A DNA stretch of 37,027 bases from a virus (lineage: Duplodnaviria > Heunggongvirae > Uroviricota > Caudoviricetes): IMG/VR virus record IMGVR_UViG_2909303794_000007. One strand, written 5' to 3'. Every line of letters starts with the position of its first letter. Within the stretch, counting starts at the first letter, position 1. Shown here piece by piece: positions 9,449-18,387 of the stretch. The position numbers were made by a program, and so were the translations under genes. The notes under the pieces are model-generated. The model had not been told where the DNA came from. It worked only from the letters and a program-made list of their open reading frames with translations, and ran no database searches.

Positions 9449-10809
9449 CGTCCACCTCCGGAGAACAGGCCACCATCACGCATCTGTGTCTGAATTTCAT
9501 CACGGGCACCCTTGCGGGCCATGTCATACACCGCCTTCAGAGCAGCCGGACCTATCTGCCCGTTCGTGCCGTCGTTGTTAATCACCACATGGTTATTCTG
9601 CTCAAACGTCCCGGACGCCTGCGACCGGCTGTCTGCCATGCTGCCCGGTGTACCGACATAACCGCCGGTGGCATAGCCGCGCATCAGCCGGTAAAGATTC
9701 CCCACGCCAATCCGGCTGGTTGCCTCCTTCGTGAAGACAAACTCACCACGGTGAACAATCCCCGCTGGCTCATATTTGCCGCCGGTTCCCGTAAATCCTC
9801 CGGTTGCAAAATGGAATTTCGCCGCAGCGGCCTGAATGGCTGTACCGCCTGACGCGGATGCTCCACCACTGGCAGCACCGCCAATGGCGCTGCCGATACT
9901 CCCGACAATCCCCACCATTGCCTGCTTAAGCAGAATTTCTGTCATCATGGACAGCACGGAACGGGTGAAGCTGCGCCAGTTCTGCTCACTGCCGGTCAGC
10001 ATCGCCGCCATATTTTGTGCAATACCATCAAAGGTCTGCGTGGCTGCACTTTTAACCTGCGACATACTGTCCGTGGCGCTCTCTTCCCACTCACTCCAGC
10101 CGGACTTCAGGCCTGCCATCCAGCTCCCGCGAAGCTGGTCTTCAGCCGCCCAGGTCTTTTTCTGCTCTGACATGACGTTATTCAGCGCCAGCGGATTATC
10201 GCCATACTGTTCCTTCAGGCGCTGTTCCGTGGCTTCCCGTTCTGCCTGCCGGTCAGTCAGCCCCCGGCTTTTCGCATCAATGGCGGCCCGTTTTGCCCGT
10301 TGCTGCTGTGCGAATTTATCCGCCTGCTGCGCCAGCGCGTTCAGGCGCTCCTGATACGTAACCTTGTCGCCAAGTGCAGCCAGCTGGCGTTTGTACTCCA
10401 GCGTCTCATCTTTATGCGCCAGCAGGGATTTCTCCTGTGCAGACAGCTGGCGACGTTGCGCCGCCTCCTCCAGTACCGCGAACTGACTCTCCGCCTTCCA
10501 CAAATCCCGGCGCTGCTGGCTGATTTTCTCATTCGCTCCGGCATGCTTCTCCAGCGTCCGGAGTTCTGCCTGAAGCGTCAGCAGGGCAGCATGAGCACTG
10601 TCTTCCTGACGATCGCCCGCAGACACCTTCACGCCGGACTGTTTCGGCTTTTTCAGCGTCGCTTCATAATCCTTTTTCGCCGCCGCCATCAGCGTGTTGT
10701 AATCCGCCTGCAGGATTTTCCCGTCTTTCAGTGCCTTGTTCAGTTCTTCCTGACGGGCGGTATATTTCTCCAGCGGCGTCTGCAGCCGTTTGTAAGCCTT
10801 CTGCGCCTC
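9445..10809 (-). pseudogene. H: Tape-measure protein H, 5'-truncated at the IS1 boundary (C-terminal ~455 codons remain)
   Basis: The frame is open from the IS1 end at 10809 to the stop at 9445 and matches the lambda H C-terminal half (...EAQKAYKRLQTPLEKYTARQEELNKALKDGKILQADYNTLMAAAKKDYEATLKK...GGLFSGGGR). The N-terminal half of H is absent. Confidence 0.9.
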
Positions 10810-10864
10810 GGTGATGCTGCCAACTTACTGATTTAGTGTATGATGGTGTTTTTGAGGTGCTCCA

Positions 10865-11140
10865 GTGGCTTCTGTTTCTATCAGCTGTCCCTCCTGTTCA
10901 GCTACTGACGGGGTGGTGCGTAACGGCAAAAGCACCGCCGGACATCAGCGCTATCTCTGCTCTCACTGCCGTAAAACATGGCAACTGCAGTTCACTTACA
11001 CCGCTTCTCAACCCGGTACGCACCAGAAAATCATTGATATGGCCATGAATGGCGTTGGATGCCGGGCAACAGCCCGCATTATGGGCGTTGGCCTCAACAC
11101 GATTTTACGTCACTTAAAAAACTCAGGCCGCAGTCGGTAA
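10865..11140 (+). CDS. insA: IS1 InsA
   Basis: 91 aa, [43 protein letters not shown]... Confidence 0.95.
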
Positions 11141-11562
11141 CCTCGCGCATACAGCCGGGCAGTGACGTCATCGTCTGCGCGGAAATGGACGAACAGTGGG
11201 GCTATGTCGGGGCTAAATCGTGCCAGCGCTGGCTGTTTTACGCGTATGACAGGCTCCGGAAGACGGTTGTTGCGCACGTATTCGGTGAACGCACGATGGC
11301 GACGCTGGGGCGTCTTATGAGCCTGCTGTCACCCTTTGACGTGGTGATATGGATGACGGATGGCTGGCCGCTGTATGAATCCCGCCTGAAGGGAAAGCTG
11401 CACGTAATCAGCAAGCGATATACGCAGCGAATTGAGCGGCATAACCTGAATCTGAGGCAGCACCTGGCACGGCTGGGACGGAAGTCGCTGTCGTTCTCAA
11501 AATCGGTGGAGCTGCATGACAAAGTCATCGGGCATTATCTGAACATAAAACACTATCAATAA
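11059..11562 (+). CDS. insB: IS1 InsB reading frame (expressed as InsAB' by programmed -1 frameshift)
   Basis: 167-aa ORF in the -1 frame relative to insA, ending ...[11 protein letters not shown]. Confidence 0.9.
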
Positions 11563-11578
11563 GTTGGAGTCATTACCT

Positions 11579-11803
11579 ATGTCATCAAAGAACAGAACCC
11601 GCAGAACAACAACCCGCAACATCCGATTTCCAAACCAGATAATTGAACAAATTAACATCGCTCTTGACCTGAAAGGTTCAGGTAATTTTTCAGCGTGGGT
11701 TATTGAAGCCTGCAGAAGAAGATTAATTAATGAAAAATATTCTCAATTTGTACCCAACAAAGACAAACACGACCAGAGCACCTGTTCAGACAGGTTTACT
11801 TAA
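11579..11803 (+). CDS. Small ribbon-helix-helix (CopG/Arc-like) DNA-binding protein (~74 aa, start MSSKNRTRR...)
   Basis: Predicted beta-strand RNIRFP, then helices NQIIEQINIAL and NFSAWVIEACRRRL, the typical RHH pattern. ATG is 1 nt downstream of the IS1 right end; the track ORF starting inside IS1 (MESLP...) is an artefact. Confidence 0.45.
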   Translation: MSSKNRTRRTTTRNIRFPNQIIEQINIALDLKGSGNFSAWVIEACRRRLINEKYSQFVPNKDKHDQSTCSDRFT

Positions 11804-11820
11804 ACGACTTATATATGACA

Positions 11821-11849
11821 CAAAAAGCGACCACTAAAGTCGCTTTTTC
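11821..11849. terminator. Bidirectional terminator between the convergent RHH and PerC-like genes
   Basis: aaaaagcgaccactaaagtcgcttttt: stem gcgac/gtcgc flanked by A- and T-runs. Confidence 0.5.
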
Positions 11850-11884
11850 TTATGGTAACAGGCAATAACTCTCTCAGATATTTT

Positions 11885-12199
11885 TTAGCATTTTTTTGAC
11901 CGCGCGTTTCCGGACGTATTCTGTTCTCCTGTCCCTTTATATCGTCGGAATACCCGCCGCTCTTCAAATCCCATTCCCAACTCAGAATGTAGTCTGTTGA
12001 CCGCTTGTTTTATTTCGGTCAGGTTCACCGGTGAAACCGGAGTCCGGCGCGCCTTACGCAAACACTCTGCTCGTTTCTGTGCCGCCACTTTTCTTTTCTG
12101 GTCATCACTTAGCTGTACCATCACTTTTGCCCATCGTTCAGCTGCTCTCCGGTACAGTCCTTTTTTCTCCAGACATTCTGCCACGTGATCATGTAGCAT
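11885..12199 (-). CDS. PerC-family transcriptional activator (Pch-like, 104 aa)
   Basis: Motif AECLEKKGLYRRAAERWAKVM resembles the PerC/Pch signature (LExKGLWRRAAxRW) as I remember it; the size matches PchA/B/C. Preceded by ~460 bp of AT-rich non-coding DNA. Confidence 0.55.
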   Translation of the reverse strand: MLHDHVAECLEKKGLYRRAAERWAKVMVQLSDDQKRKVAAQKRAECLRKARRTPVSPVNLTEIKQAVNRLHSELGMGFEERRVFRRYKGTGEQNTSGNARSKKC

Positions 12200-12664
12200 A
12201 AGTGACCTCCGATTATCTACAGACTGCCATCCTGAATTTACCTTCCCTTAATGAAATAACAATAAAAAACAAGCCACGCAAAAACAATAAAACAACACAC
12301 AAAAAAAACTAAATAATAAACAAAAATAATCACCTTATTTTATTATTTTTTGAGGGAGCAATTACTGAACAAAAAACGCTGACTATATACTCAAAACCAA
12401 ACAACTATTCTGCCAATCAGGTATCATGGCAACACACGGAATTACCGTGTTTTTGCCTTCTCTGCCCATACAATACGGGCATATACTTCATTCTCTATTG
12501 TAATATTTCTATCCATGTGCCCCACTCCATTTACCTGTAAATAATATTCAAAATATTTATCACAGAAATCGTTTTTGGCCATGAACTGAGCACACTATAA
12601 AGTCCGGAACTGACTCTTTGTTAAATTACCTTAACGTTACCAGTAACACCTTCATAACAAAACA

Positions 12665-13132
12665 TCACGGTATACACTGGGTACGGATATATTCCTGTGC
12701 TCCTTCCAGTTGCTTCTGCATTGCCATCAGCCGTTCTCTGAGGATGAAATAATCCCGTTCAGCGGCTTCTGCCAGTCGGGGGCCGGTTGCATTATCCACG
12801 CCGGAGGTGCCGGTGGCTTCACGCACGGTACCGGAGCAGGTGGCGTTGATCCGCAGGCGCTTACGACCAGCGGCAACATCAGCACGCAGAGTTTCATTTT
12901 CAGCTCTCGCATCGGCTAATTCCCTCGAGTATCTGGCATCAAGTGCAGCGACATCACGCTGGCGTATCTGCATATCAGTAATTGTCGCGTTCGCCAGCTC
13001 CAGCTCACTGGCTTTTTTATCGCGCTGCTCTTTGTAGATGATGGCGTGATCACGGTAATGATTCAGCCCCAGACTAAGCGCACCACAGGCCACCAGCAGG
13101 ACAATGATAACCACGCACAGAACACGGTTCAT
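12665..13132 (-). CDS. Rz: Rz i-spanin (start taken at MNRVLCVVIIVLLVACG...)
   Basis: N-terminal transmembrane helix then a coiled-coil-rich periplasmic region; last gene of the lysis cassette; GGTGGTG Shine-Dalgarno upstream of the ATG at 13132. The track ORF extends to 13189. Confidence 0.8.
   Translation of the reverse strand: MNRVLCVVIIVLLVACGALSLGLNHYRDHAIIYKEQRDKKASELELANATITDMQIRQRDVAALDARYSRELADARAENETLRADVAAGRKRLRINATCSGTVREATGTSGVDNATGPRLAEAAERDYFILRERLMAMQKQLEGAQEYIRTQCIP
12727..12912 (-). CDS. Rz1: Rz1 o-spanin lipoprotein embedded in Rz in another frame
   Basis: MKLCVLMLPLVVSACGS... lipobox followed by a proline-rich sequence (PPAPVPCVKPPAPPAWIMQPAP), wholly inside Rz. Confidence 0.8.
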   Translation of the reverse strand: MRELKMKLCVLMLPLVVSACGSTPPAPVPCVKPPAPPAWIMQPAPDWQKPLNGIISSSENG

Positions 13133-13467
13133 ATCACCACCAACGGATTGCCCAGACCAGAACAGCAATGGCCACAATACGAATGGCAAAAGCTGCCGCT
13201 CTTGTTAAATCCAGACTGGCTGGCGTCTCCACTTCAATGCCTTTCATAATGGACAACCTCAGAAAGAATCTTTTATACTTCCTCACAGGGAAAGTACCTC
13301 CCTACCCATAATTTCTCCCTTGCCTTACTCAAGGTCAGAAAACACAAAACCCCGCTTGCTGCCAACAAACGGGGTTTTTACTTTTATTCACTTAGGTTTT
13401 ACCAGTTTTCAGGATTTCGTGTTATCCACCCGCGTTGGCCAACGTCATTTTTCAGGAAAATATTCTG

Positions 13468-14001
13468 CTATCTGTCGATGTCCCAGCACGCCAGCGCGCT
13501 CTCCTGGTCACGCCGTGAGACCTGACCGTAGCAATTATTTGAACGGATACGGCAGTCTCTGCCACCGTCCTTAATCCACCAGCGAATCGCCTCACAGGCA
13601 CCTTTTCGATCGCCTGCATTAATTCGTTTATAAAACGTCGACGGGAAGCACTTACCGGGGCCAATGTTGTACGGACAGAATGACGCGATCCCCGCTTTCT
13701 GGGGTTCGGTCAGCGGCACCCGGATGTTTTTCTCCACCCATGCCAGCGCCTTGTCACGTTCGATGGCATTAACCCGGTCGCATTTTTCCTTTGACAGCTT
13801 CATGCCAGGAATAACAGGCTTACCATCCACCAGAATGGCACCACGGCAGATGGTCCAGATCCCCGCACCATCACGGTATGCCGTGGTGTGGTTACCTTCC
13901 TTTTCATCCAGAAACTGGTCGAGGATTTCAGGCGCAGAAGCACCTGCACCAATCAGCGCCAGAACGGCAGCCGACAGGCCGTATTTTATTTTTTCGTTCA
14001 T
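13468..14001 (-). CDS. R: SAR endolysin (lysozyme R, phage-21/933W type)
   Basis: 177 aa; N-terminal weakly hydrophobic Gly/Ala-rich SAR segment (LSAAVLALIGAGASAPEIL), then a lysozyme-like domain. Confidence 0.85.
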   Translation of the reverse strand: MNEKIKYGLSAAVLALIGAGASAPEILDQFLDEKEGNHTTAYRDGAGIWTICRGAILVDGKPVIPGMKLSKEKCDRVNAIERDKALAWVEKNIRVPLTEPQKAGIASFCPYNIGPGKCFPSTFYKRINAGDRKGACEAIRWWIKDGGRDCRIRSNNCYGQVSRRDQESALACWDIDR

Positions 14002-14118
14002 GGGGATTTATCGATTTCTAATCCCTTGATATGTTAGGTATATAATCAAACACTCATGGTCGCTCTCATAAACATATCCCTTGAGACGCAGCAGATTACA
14101 ACAAATGAAGCCATATAA

Positions 14119-14433
14119 ATGAACAGTAAAGAAAGTTTGCGCAGAAGATTTTTACAACTAATGACAGAAAACGTTAAATCAGAGTTACTTCTTCTGATGG
14201 CAGATAATAACGAAGCAACAAGCAGCATTCTTGCAGACCCTTACGGTAAGATCTCACATAAAACGCTGGATATTATTACCACAACATTAACACCGCTGAT
14301 GCTTCAACGGCTGAAACATAATATCAACGCATGGGTTAATGAAGAATTAAGTCCTCCCTGTTTATGGGATTCTCGTTACGCATGTCAGCAAAAAATGCGA
14401 ATTTTCAACTTACTATCACCAAAGCTCAGGTAG
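14119..14433 (+). CDS. Hypothetical protein (104 aa) encoded on the opposite strand inside an AT-rich insert between S and R
   Basis: Only sizeable ORF in the ~690-bp AT-rich block separating holin from endolysin; no recognisable family. Confidence 0.35.
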   Translation: MNSKESLRRRFLQLMTENVKSELLLLMADNNEATSSILADPYGKISHKTLDIITTTLTPLMLQRLKHNINAWVNEELSPPCLWDSRYACQQKMRIFNLLSPKLR

Positions 14434-14688
14434 CCATAAAATCCTGCCCTTCATGGCATACAGGATTTCAATGGAATCACAATGACCAACTCTTGCACAG
14501 CTGTATCCCTGACTCCCCGACAACTCAGATTTTCAGTATCTGCTGCTATCTAAAGAGAAAGCGCACAAATGCAAGGGCCTTTCATCACGTCCTGTTATTG
14601 ATTGCCTGTGACCTTTTCTTACCTCATGGAACGTTTTTTCAGTTAGAAATATTCATTTTACAACCAGTTCGTATTGTTTATTCATCGA

Positions 14689-14895
14689 CTACTCTCCCCG
14701 CGCCACCTTACGACGGTCCTCTCTGATTTTGAAATACAGGTTAGTCAGATACGTCAGCAGGCCAAACAGCAGACTCCCCAGCACACCTATCGCCACCCAC
14801 TGGGACGGAGAGACTTTGTCCAGCAGCTGCAGTAACCAGTATCCCGTCCCCACCGCTGACGTGGTGTATGACACACCCGTTGTGATTTTTTCCAT
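14689..14895 (-). CDS. S: Class II holin / pinholin (S21-like)
   Basis: 68 aa, [68 protein letters not shown], closely matches the phage 21 S pinholin; two transmembrane segments. Confidence 0.85.
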   Translation of the reverse strand: MEKITTGVSYTTSAVGTGYWLLQLLDKVSPSQWVAIGVLGSLLFGLLTYLTNLYFKIREDRRKVARGE

Positions 14896-15150
14896 CTGAT
14901 GTATGTCTCCGTCACCGCCGACAGAAAATGAAAGTAAAGGAAAACAAAAAAGCCGCCAGTGTCACCCACTGACGGCCAACGCCGGGAGCCGTGATTATGG
15001 CATTCAGGCTCTGCTAAAAATGCCAGATAACATTCCGGCCTCCCCCGATTCAGGTTATAAATGACACAATATCTTGACAACATCCGTCACTGTCTGTCAG
15101 AAAATGTACTGCCATATAGAAGCAACATGTGAAGTACATCTATCCTTTTG

Positions 15151-15193
15151 AGCCAGCACCTCTCCACCGAAAGTCAGTGCTGGCTGTTTTTTT
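15151..15193 (+). terminator. Plus-strand rho-independent terminator hairpin (module 1)
   Basis: agccagcac...gtgctggct stem followed by T7. Confidence 0.5.
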
Positions 15194-15300
15194 CCTTAAT
15201 AAAGCATCTGTAACTGAAACAATCCGCATATTGATAATATATTGACAGGCATCATTGCTGTCTGTGAAAAATAAGTCTCTACAAACATATAAGGCCTTTT

Positions 15301-15342
15301 AGCCAGCGTCTTCTTTTTCAGGTCAGTCGCTGGCTTTTTTTA
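15301..15342 (+). terminator. Plus-strand rho-independent terminator hairpin (module 2), abutting the esterase stop codon
   Basis: agccagcg...cgctggct stem followed by T7. Confidence 0.5.
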
Positions 15343-17193
15343 TTATGCTGCCGGTGCATTTATCTCCAGCACCAGACTTTCTATCTCAACGCCATACGCT
15401 GCATTTTTTGTAACATCCGTCAGCGTCAGCGCATTCAGTCCCAGTGTCAGACTGTCTTTTATAACCTGGAATGCCGGGCCAGCCACTCCATTCAGTTTCG
15501 GAGTAACCGTGGCACTGCCGGCGGTGAACACCAGCTCCAGCGTCTGCCAGTCGTTACCGTAATCGCCGAACTCCCCCAGCTTCGTGTTTCCGGCTTTCCT
15601 GTGATGCATCAGATTCACTCTGCCGTCAGTGGTCTGAGTGAAGTACGACATCAGGAACGGATTACCGGTACCCGTCATCGCCACACCATCAGGAACGGGA
15701 GCATCCGTATACAGATAAATCCCCAGCCCGAACTGATTGTTGGTCAGTGCGCCTGACAGGCGGAACTTACAGGTCAGTCTGCCGCCCTGTGTCAGCAGGG
15801 TAATTGCGTCATCCACCGGATGCGTCAGGGACCAGGTTTTATTGCTCTGCTTGGTGATCTTAAATACACCATCTGACAACTGAATTCCGCCATCCTTAAT
15901 GCTCCAGCCCTGCGCAGCAGCCTCTCCGGCTGCCGGCAGCAGGGAGATTGTGCGAACCGACGTATCTGCAGACGGACCCGATGGCGTGTTGCCGCCGGGC
16001 GAGGGTTTGATTTCCGGTGCCTTACCACTGATGAAGGCTGAGGTGCGCCCGGCTGCGTTCAGAATAGCGGTTGCCAGACGATCCGGAATAATGCTCCTGC
16101 GCGCCCATGAACTGAAATGTGTCGGGCGGTTTGATGATACCTGGTTTCCATTCGTTCTCGATGCCGCACCGTAATATCCTGATGCCGGAATATCCGGATC
16201 TTCTGCCGGCGCGTTAGTGGCGGTATTGACGCCGTTACCGTCTGTCATGAAGGGCACAAAATAAACGCCCTCACTCTCCCTGTTTTTATACCCGCCGTAC
16301 ACGGTGTCGTACTGGGTAGCGTATGTATTTTTCCAGTAATACGTCGTGTCACCACAAATCCACGGCACATCTGCAGCACTGCCACCATGGCACTGCGCGT
16401 TAAACACGGAGAGGTCAGCACGAAACTGTGTCAGCATGGCTGTAAACAGCGCAGGTTGCTGTGCGTGGGTGGCGGCGCTCATGTCAAACTCTCCCTGCAT
16501 CCAGCACACCGCCAGCAACACATTTTTCGGGTTCTTCTGTAATGCAGCTTTAGTGCGCGCAATCAGGTCCTGATATAACGGTTTACCCACACCCCAGCGT
16601 GCCGAATCCTGGCTGGCCCCCGTGTCCGCACTGAATGTCCCCTCAGCGCCCTGGGTGAATGCAGAACCACCACGACAGCATGGTACCAGCAGGATCCCCG
16701 CGTTATTCGGGATATACGGAAGCAGTTTTTTGGCAATATGTAAGCCCTGGCCGACACAGCCGTACTGCCCTTTGCTCAGGTCTGCCTTCGGATGATTCAG
16801 CGTACTCATATCCTGCACATCATGCAGGCAGTGGTCGGCCGGAATAATATCGTTATATCTGCAGGCAGCCCCACCCGGCGTAACTGTACTGCGGCGCGCC
16901 AGCTGTTTAATGCGCGGATCCGGAGCATCGTATGAATCCGGAAGCGGAAGCCCTTCCCCGTAAGCCATTGCATTGGACTGCCCGGCCAGTACGATGACGT
17001 AGTACCAATCCGGCTCAGTTGCACCACTGACCACCACATCACCTTCTGCTGCAATCGCCTGCATCAGGGTATAAGGGGTTATGGCCACCGGACTACCAAA
17101 CGGCTGCCAGCCCTCTTTCAGTTTGTGTGTCAGCTTTTCCGCAAGGTCTGACGGCGACGCCGCCCTGACAACATCATAATGTTTAATCGACAT
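15343..17193 (-). CDS. nanS-p: Prophage sialate O-acetylesterase (NanS-p-like; DUF1737 N-domain plus SASA/NanS esterase domain plus C-terminal extension)
   Basis: 616 aa; YYVIVLAGQSNAMAYGEGLPLPD...CCRGGSAF...CWMQGEFD... matches E. coli NanS (YjhS) as I recall it. Sits where Stx phages carry this gene, downstream of the toxin locus. Confidence 0.8.
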   Translation of the reverse strand: MSIKHYDVVRAASPSDLAEKLTHKLKEGWQPFGSPVAITPYTLMQAIAAEGDVVVSGATEPDWYYVIVLAGQSNAMAYGEGLPLPDSYDAPDPRIKQLARRSTVTPGGAACRYNDIIPADHCLHDVQDMSTLNHPKADLSKGQYGCVGQGLHIAKKLLPYIPNNAGILLVPCCRGGSAFTQGAEGTFSADTGASQDSARWGVGKPLYQDLIARTKAALQKNPKNVLLAVCWMQGEFDMSAATHAQQPALFTAMLTQFRADLSVFNAQCHGGSAADVPWICGDTTYYWKNTYATQYDTVYGGYKNRESEGVYFVPFMTDGNGVNTATNAPAEDPDIPASGYYGAASRTNGNQVSSNRPTHFSSWARRSIIPDRLATAILNAAGRTSAFISGKAPEIKPSPGGNTPSGPSADTSVRTISLLPAAGEAAAQGWSIKDGGIQLSDGVFKITKQSNKTWSLTHPVDDAITLLTQGGRLTCKFRLSGALTNNQFGLGIYLYTDAPVPDGVAMTGTGNPFLMSYFTQTTDGRVNLMHHRKAGNTKLGEFGDYGNDWQTLELVFTAGSATVTPKLNGVAGPAFQVIKDSLTLGLNALTLTDVTKNAAYGVEIESLVLEINAPAA

Positions 17194-17507
17194 CGAATTT
17201 CTCCCGTGTACAGGAACAGAGTTAAAAAGCCGGAACCGGAATCAAATCACAGGATGACCATCTGCCAGTGGCTGGTCGTAAAAAAAAGGCCGCGCCATGC
17301 GCAGCCGGAAATAAAGGGATAACGATGATAGTTTGAGAAAAACAGAAATAACACTTTTGTGGCAAAGCATGGTGCCGGGTGCCTCCCGGTGAATTCAGTA
17401 CCAGCACCTGAATCCGCGATTATCCCATATACCTACTCGCTGATTGCCCCTCCGCACAGGGGGATTCACCATGCAGAAGTGTTTTTAATAAACAGCAAAC
17501 AAAAAAA

Positions 17508-17675
17508 TCAAGCATTATGCAGGCTGTTTCTTTTTATCACCGGCCACAGCAATACCACAATGCCGCAGACCAGCACCCCATCCGCCAGCACCGACATGAT
17601 TCTGCTGGTGAAATCCACCATCACCACCAGAAACAGCAGGAGTGCAGCCACAGTCAGGCGCAGTTTTACCGTCAC
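17508..17675 (-). CDS. Possible small membrane peptide (GTG start overlapping the TerB-like stop)
   Basis: VTVKLRLTVAALLLFLVVMVDFTSRIMSVLADGVLVCGIVVLLWPVIKRNSLHNA; GTGA start/stop overlap with the upstream gene; hydrophobic. Confidence 0.25.
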   Translation of the reverse strand: MTVKLRLTVAALLLFLVVMVDFTSRIMSVLADGVLVCGIVVLLWPVIKRNSLHNA

Positions 17676-18104
17676 AGGTGATTCTCCAGACGAAGACCCA
17701 GAACACCGGCAATCTCTTCCAGCACCTTGCGCTCTTCCGGCTCAATTTCGCCGTCTGCCTCCGCAATGGCCACCGCCACATCCAGCACATCTTCCGCTTC
17801 ACGCGTATCGTGTTTCACATCCTCGATCTCACGTAACGCCGCACGACGACCAATTTTAAAGTTCGTATCCAGCTGACCGATAATGGTTGCGCTAATCGCA
17901 TTAATTTCTGACGTAAACGCGGACAGCGCAGGCTGATTACGCAGTACCTGTTCGATCTTCGCTTTCTAGGAAGCCTCACATTCACCATCTGCACAGGCCA
18001 CCAGGTATGCGGCGTTAATCACCACCTGTGCCAGATCGCGTTTTTCAAACTTTTTAATTTCCGTTGCCGCTCTGCGGGCTTTTTTTACCAAAAATACCAA
18101 ACAT
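17672..18104 (-). pseudogene. TerB-like (tellurite-resistance-family) gene disrupted by a homopolymer frameshift and an in-frame amber codon
   Basis: MFGIFGKK is followed by a frame change at a T7/A7 run (18080-18086), then ...KKFEKRDLAQVVINAAYLVACADGECEAS, a TAG (minus-strand codon at 17966-17968), then KAKIEQVLRNQPALSAF...DVLDVAVAIAEADGEIEPEERKVLEEIAGVLGLRLENHL. Confidence 0.6.
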
Positions 18105-18273
18105 CGTGACGTTCCTTTGGGTGGGTGAGCCAACGCCCGGGAGCGATCTGCCCACAGAGAAAGTCACACTGACCACTCCGTAAGCTCACCCCCGAAAGGC
18201 TCTGTGGTTGATATGCACCGGGCGTGGCGCAGATACAAAAAAGGCCCGCCGAAGCGAGCCTGGAAAATAAGTG

Positions 18274-18350
18274 TGGCGCGTTGTAGTGGAGTCGAACCAC
18301 TGACCGATTGCTTAGAAGGCAATTGCTCTGTCCGGCTGAGCTAACAACGC
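18274..18350 (-). tRNA. tRNA-Arg (anticodon UCU), phage argN/argO-like
   Basis: Reverse complement GCGTTGTTAGCTCAG...ATTGC-CTTCTAA-GCAAT...GGTTCGACTCC...ACAACGC-G-CCA: cloverleaf with anticodon loop CU-UCU-AA, T-arm GGTTCGACTCC and a 3' CCA. Confidence 0.85.
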
Positions 18351-18387
18351 AGAATACCGATAATGGACCGCCATCGGGGACCCGCCC

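Larger units (their letters stand above)
10810..11577 (+). mobile_element. IS1 insertion sequence (768 bp)
   Basis: Left end ggtgatgctgccaacttactgatttagtgtatgatggtg and right end ...caataagttggagtcattacc match the IS1 termini; InsA and InsB reading frames lie inside. Flanks CTGCGCCTC (left) and TATGTCATC (right) are not a direct repeat. Confidence 0.95.

Noticed and set aside
12200-12664. AT-rich region with short A/T-rich direct repeats, considered as a CRISPR array or att site
   Set aside because: No regularly spaced repeat-spacer structure; the repeats are simple A-tracts. It is better explained as a curved, AT-rich regulatory region upstream of the PerC-like gene.
15098-15150. 15-codon ORF (MYCHIEATCEVHLSF) inside hairpin module 1
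   Set aside because: No Shine-Dalgarno sequence and not conserved in module 2; the module is more likely non-coding.
17230-18270. Searched for stxA/stxB-like coding sequence in the toxin position
   Set aside because: No ORF with an A-subunit-like N-glycosidase or a ~89-aa B-subunit signature is present; the interval holds only the TerB-like pseudogene and a small membrane ORF.
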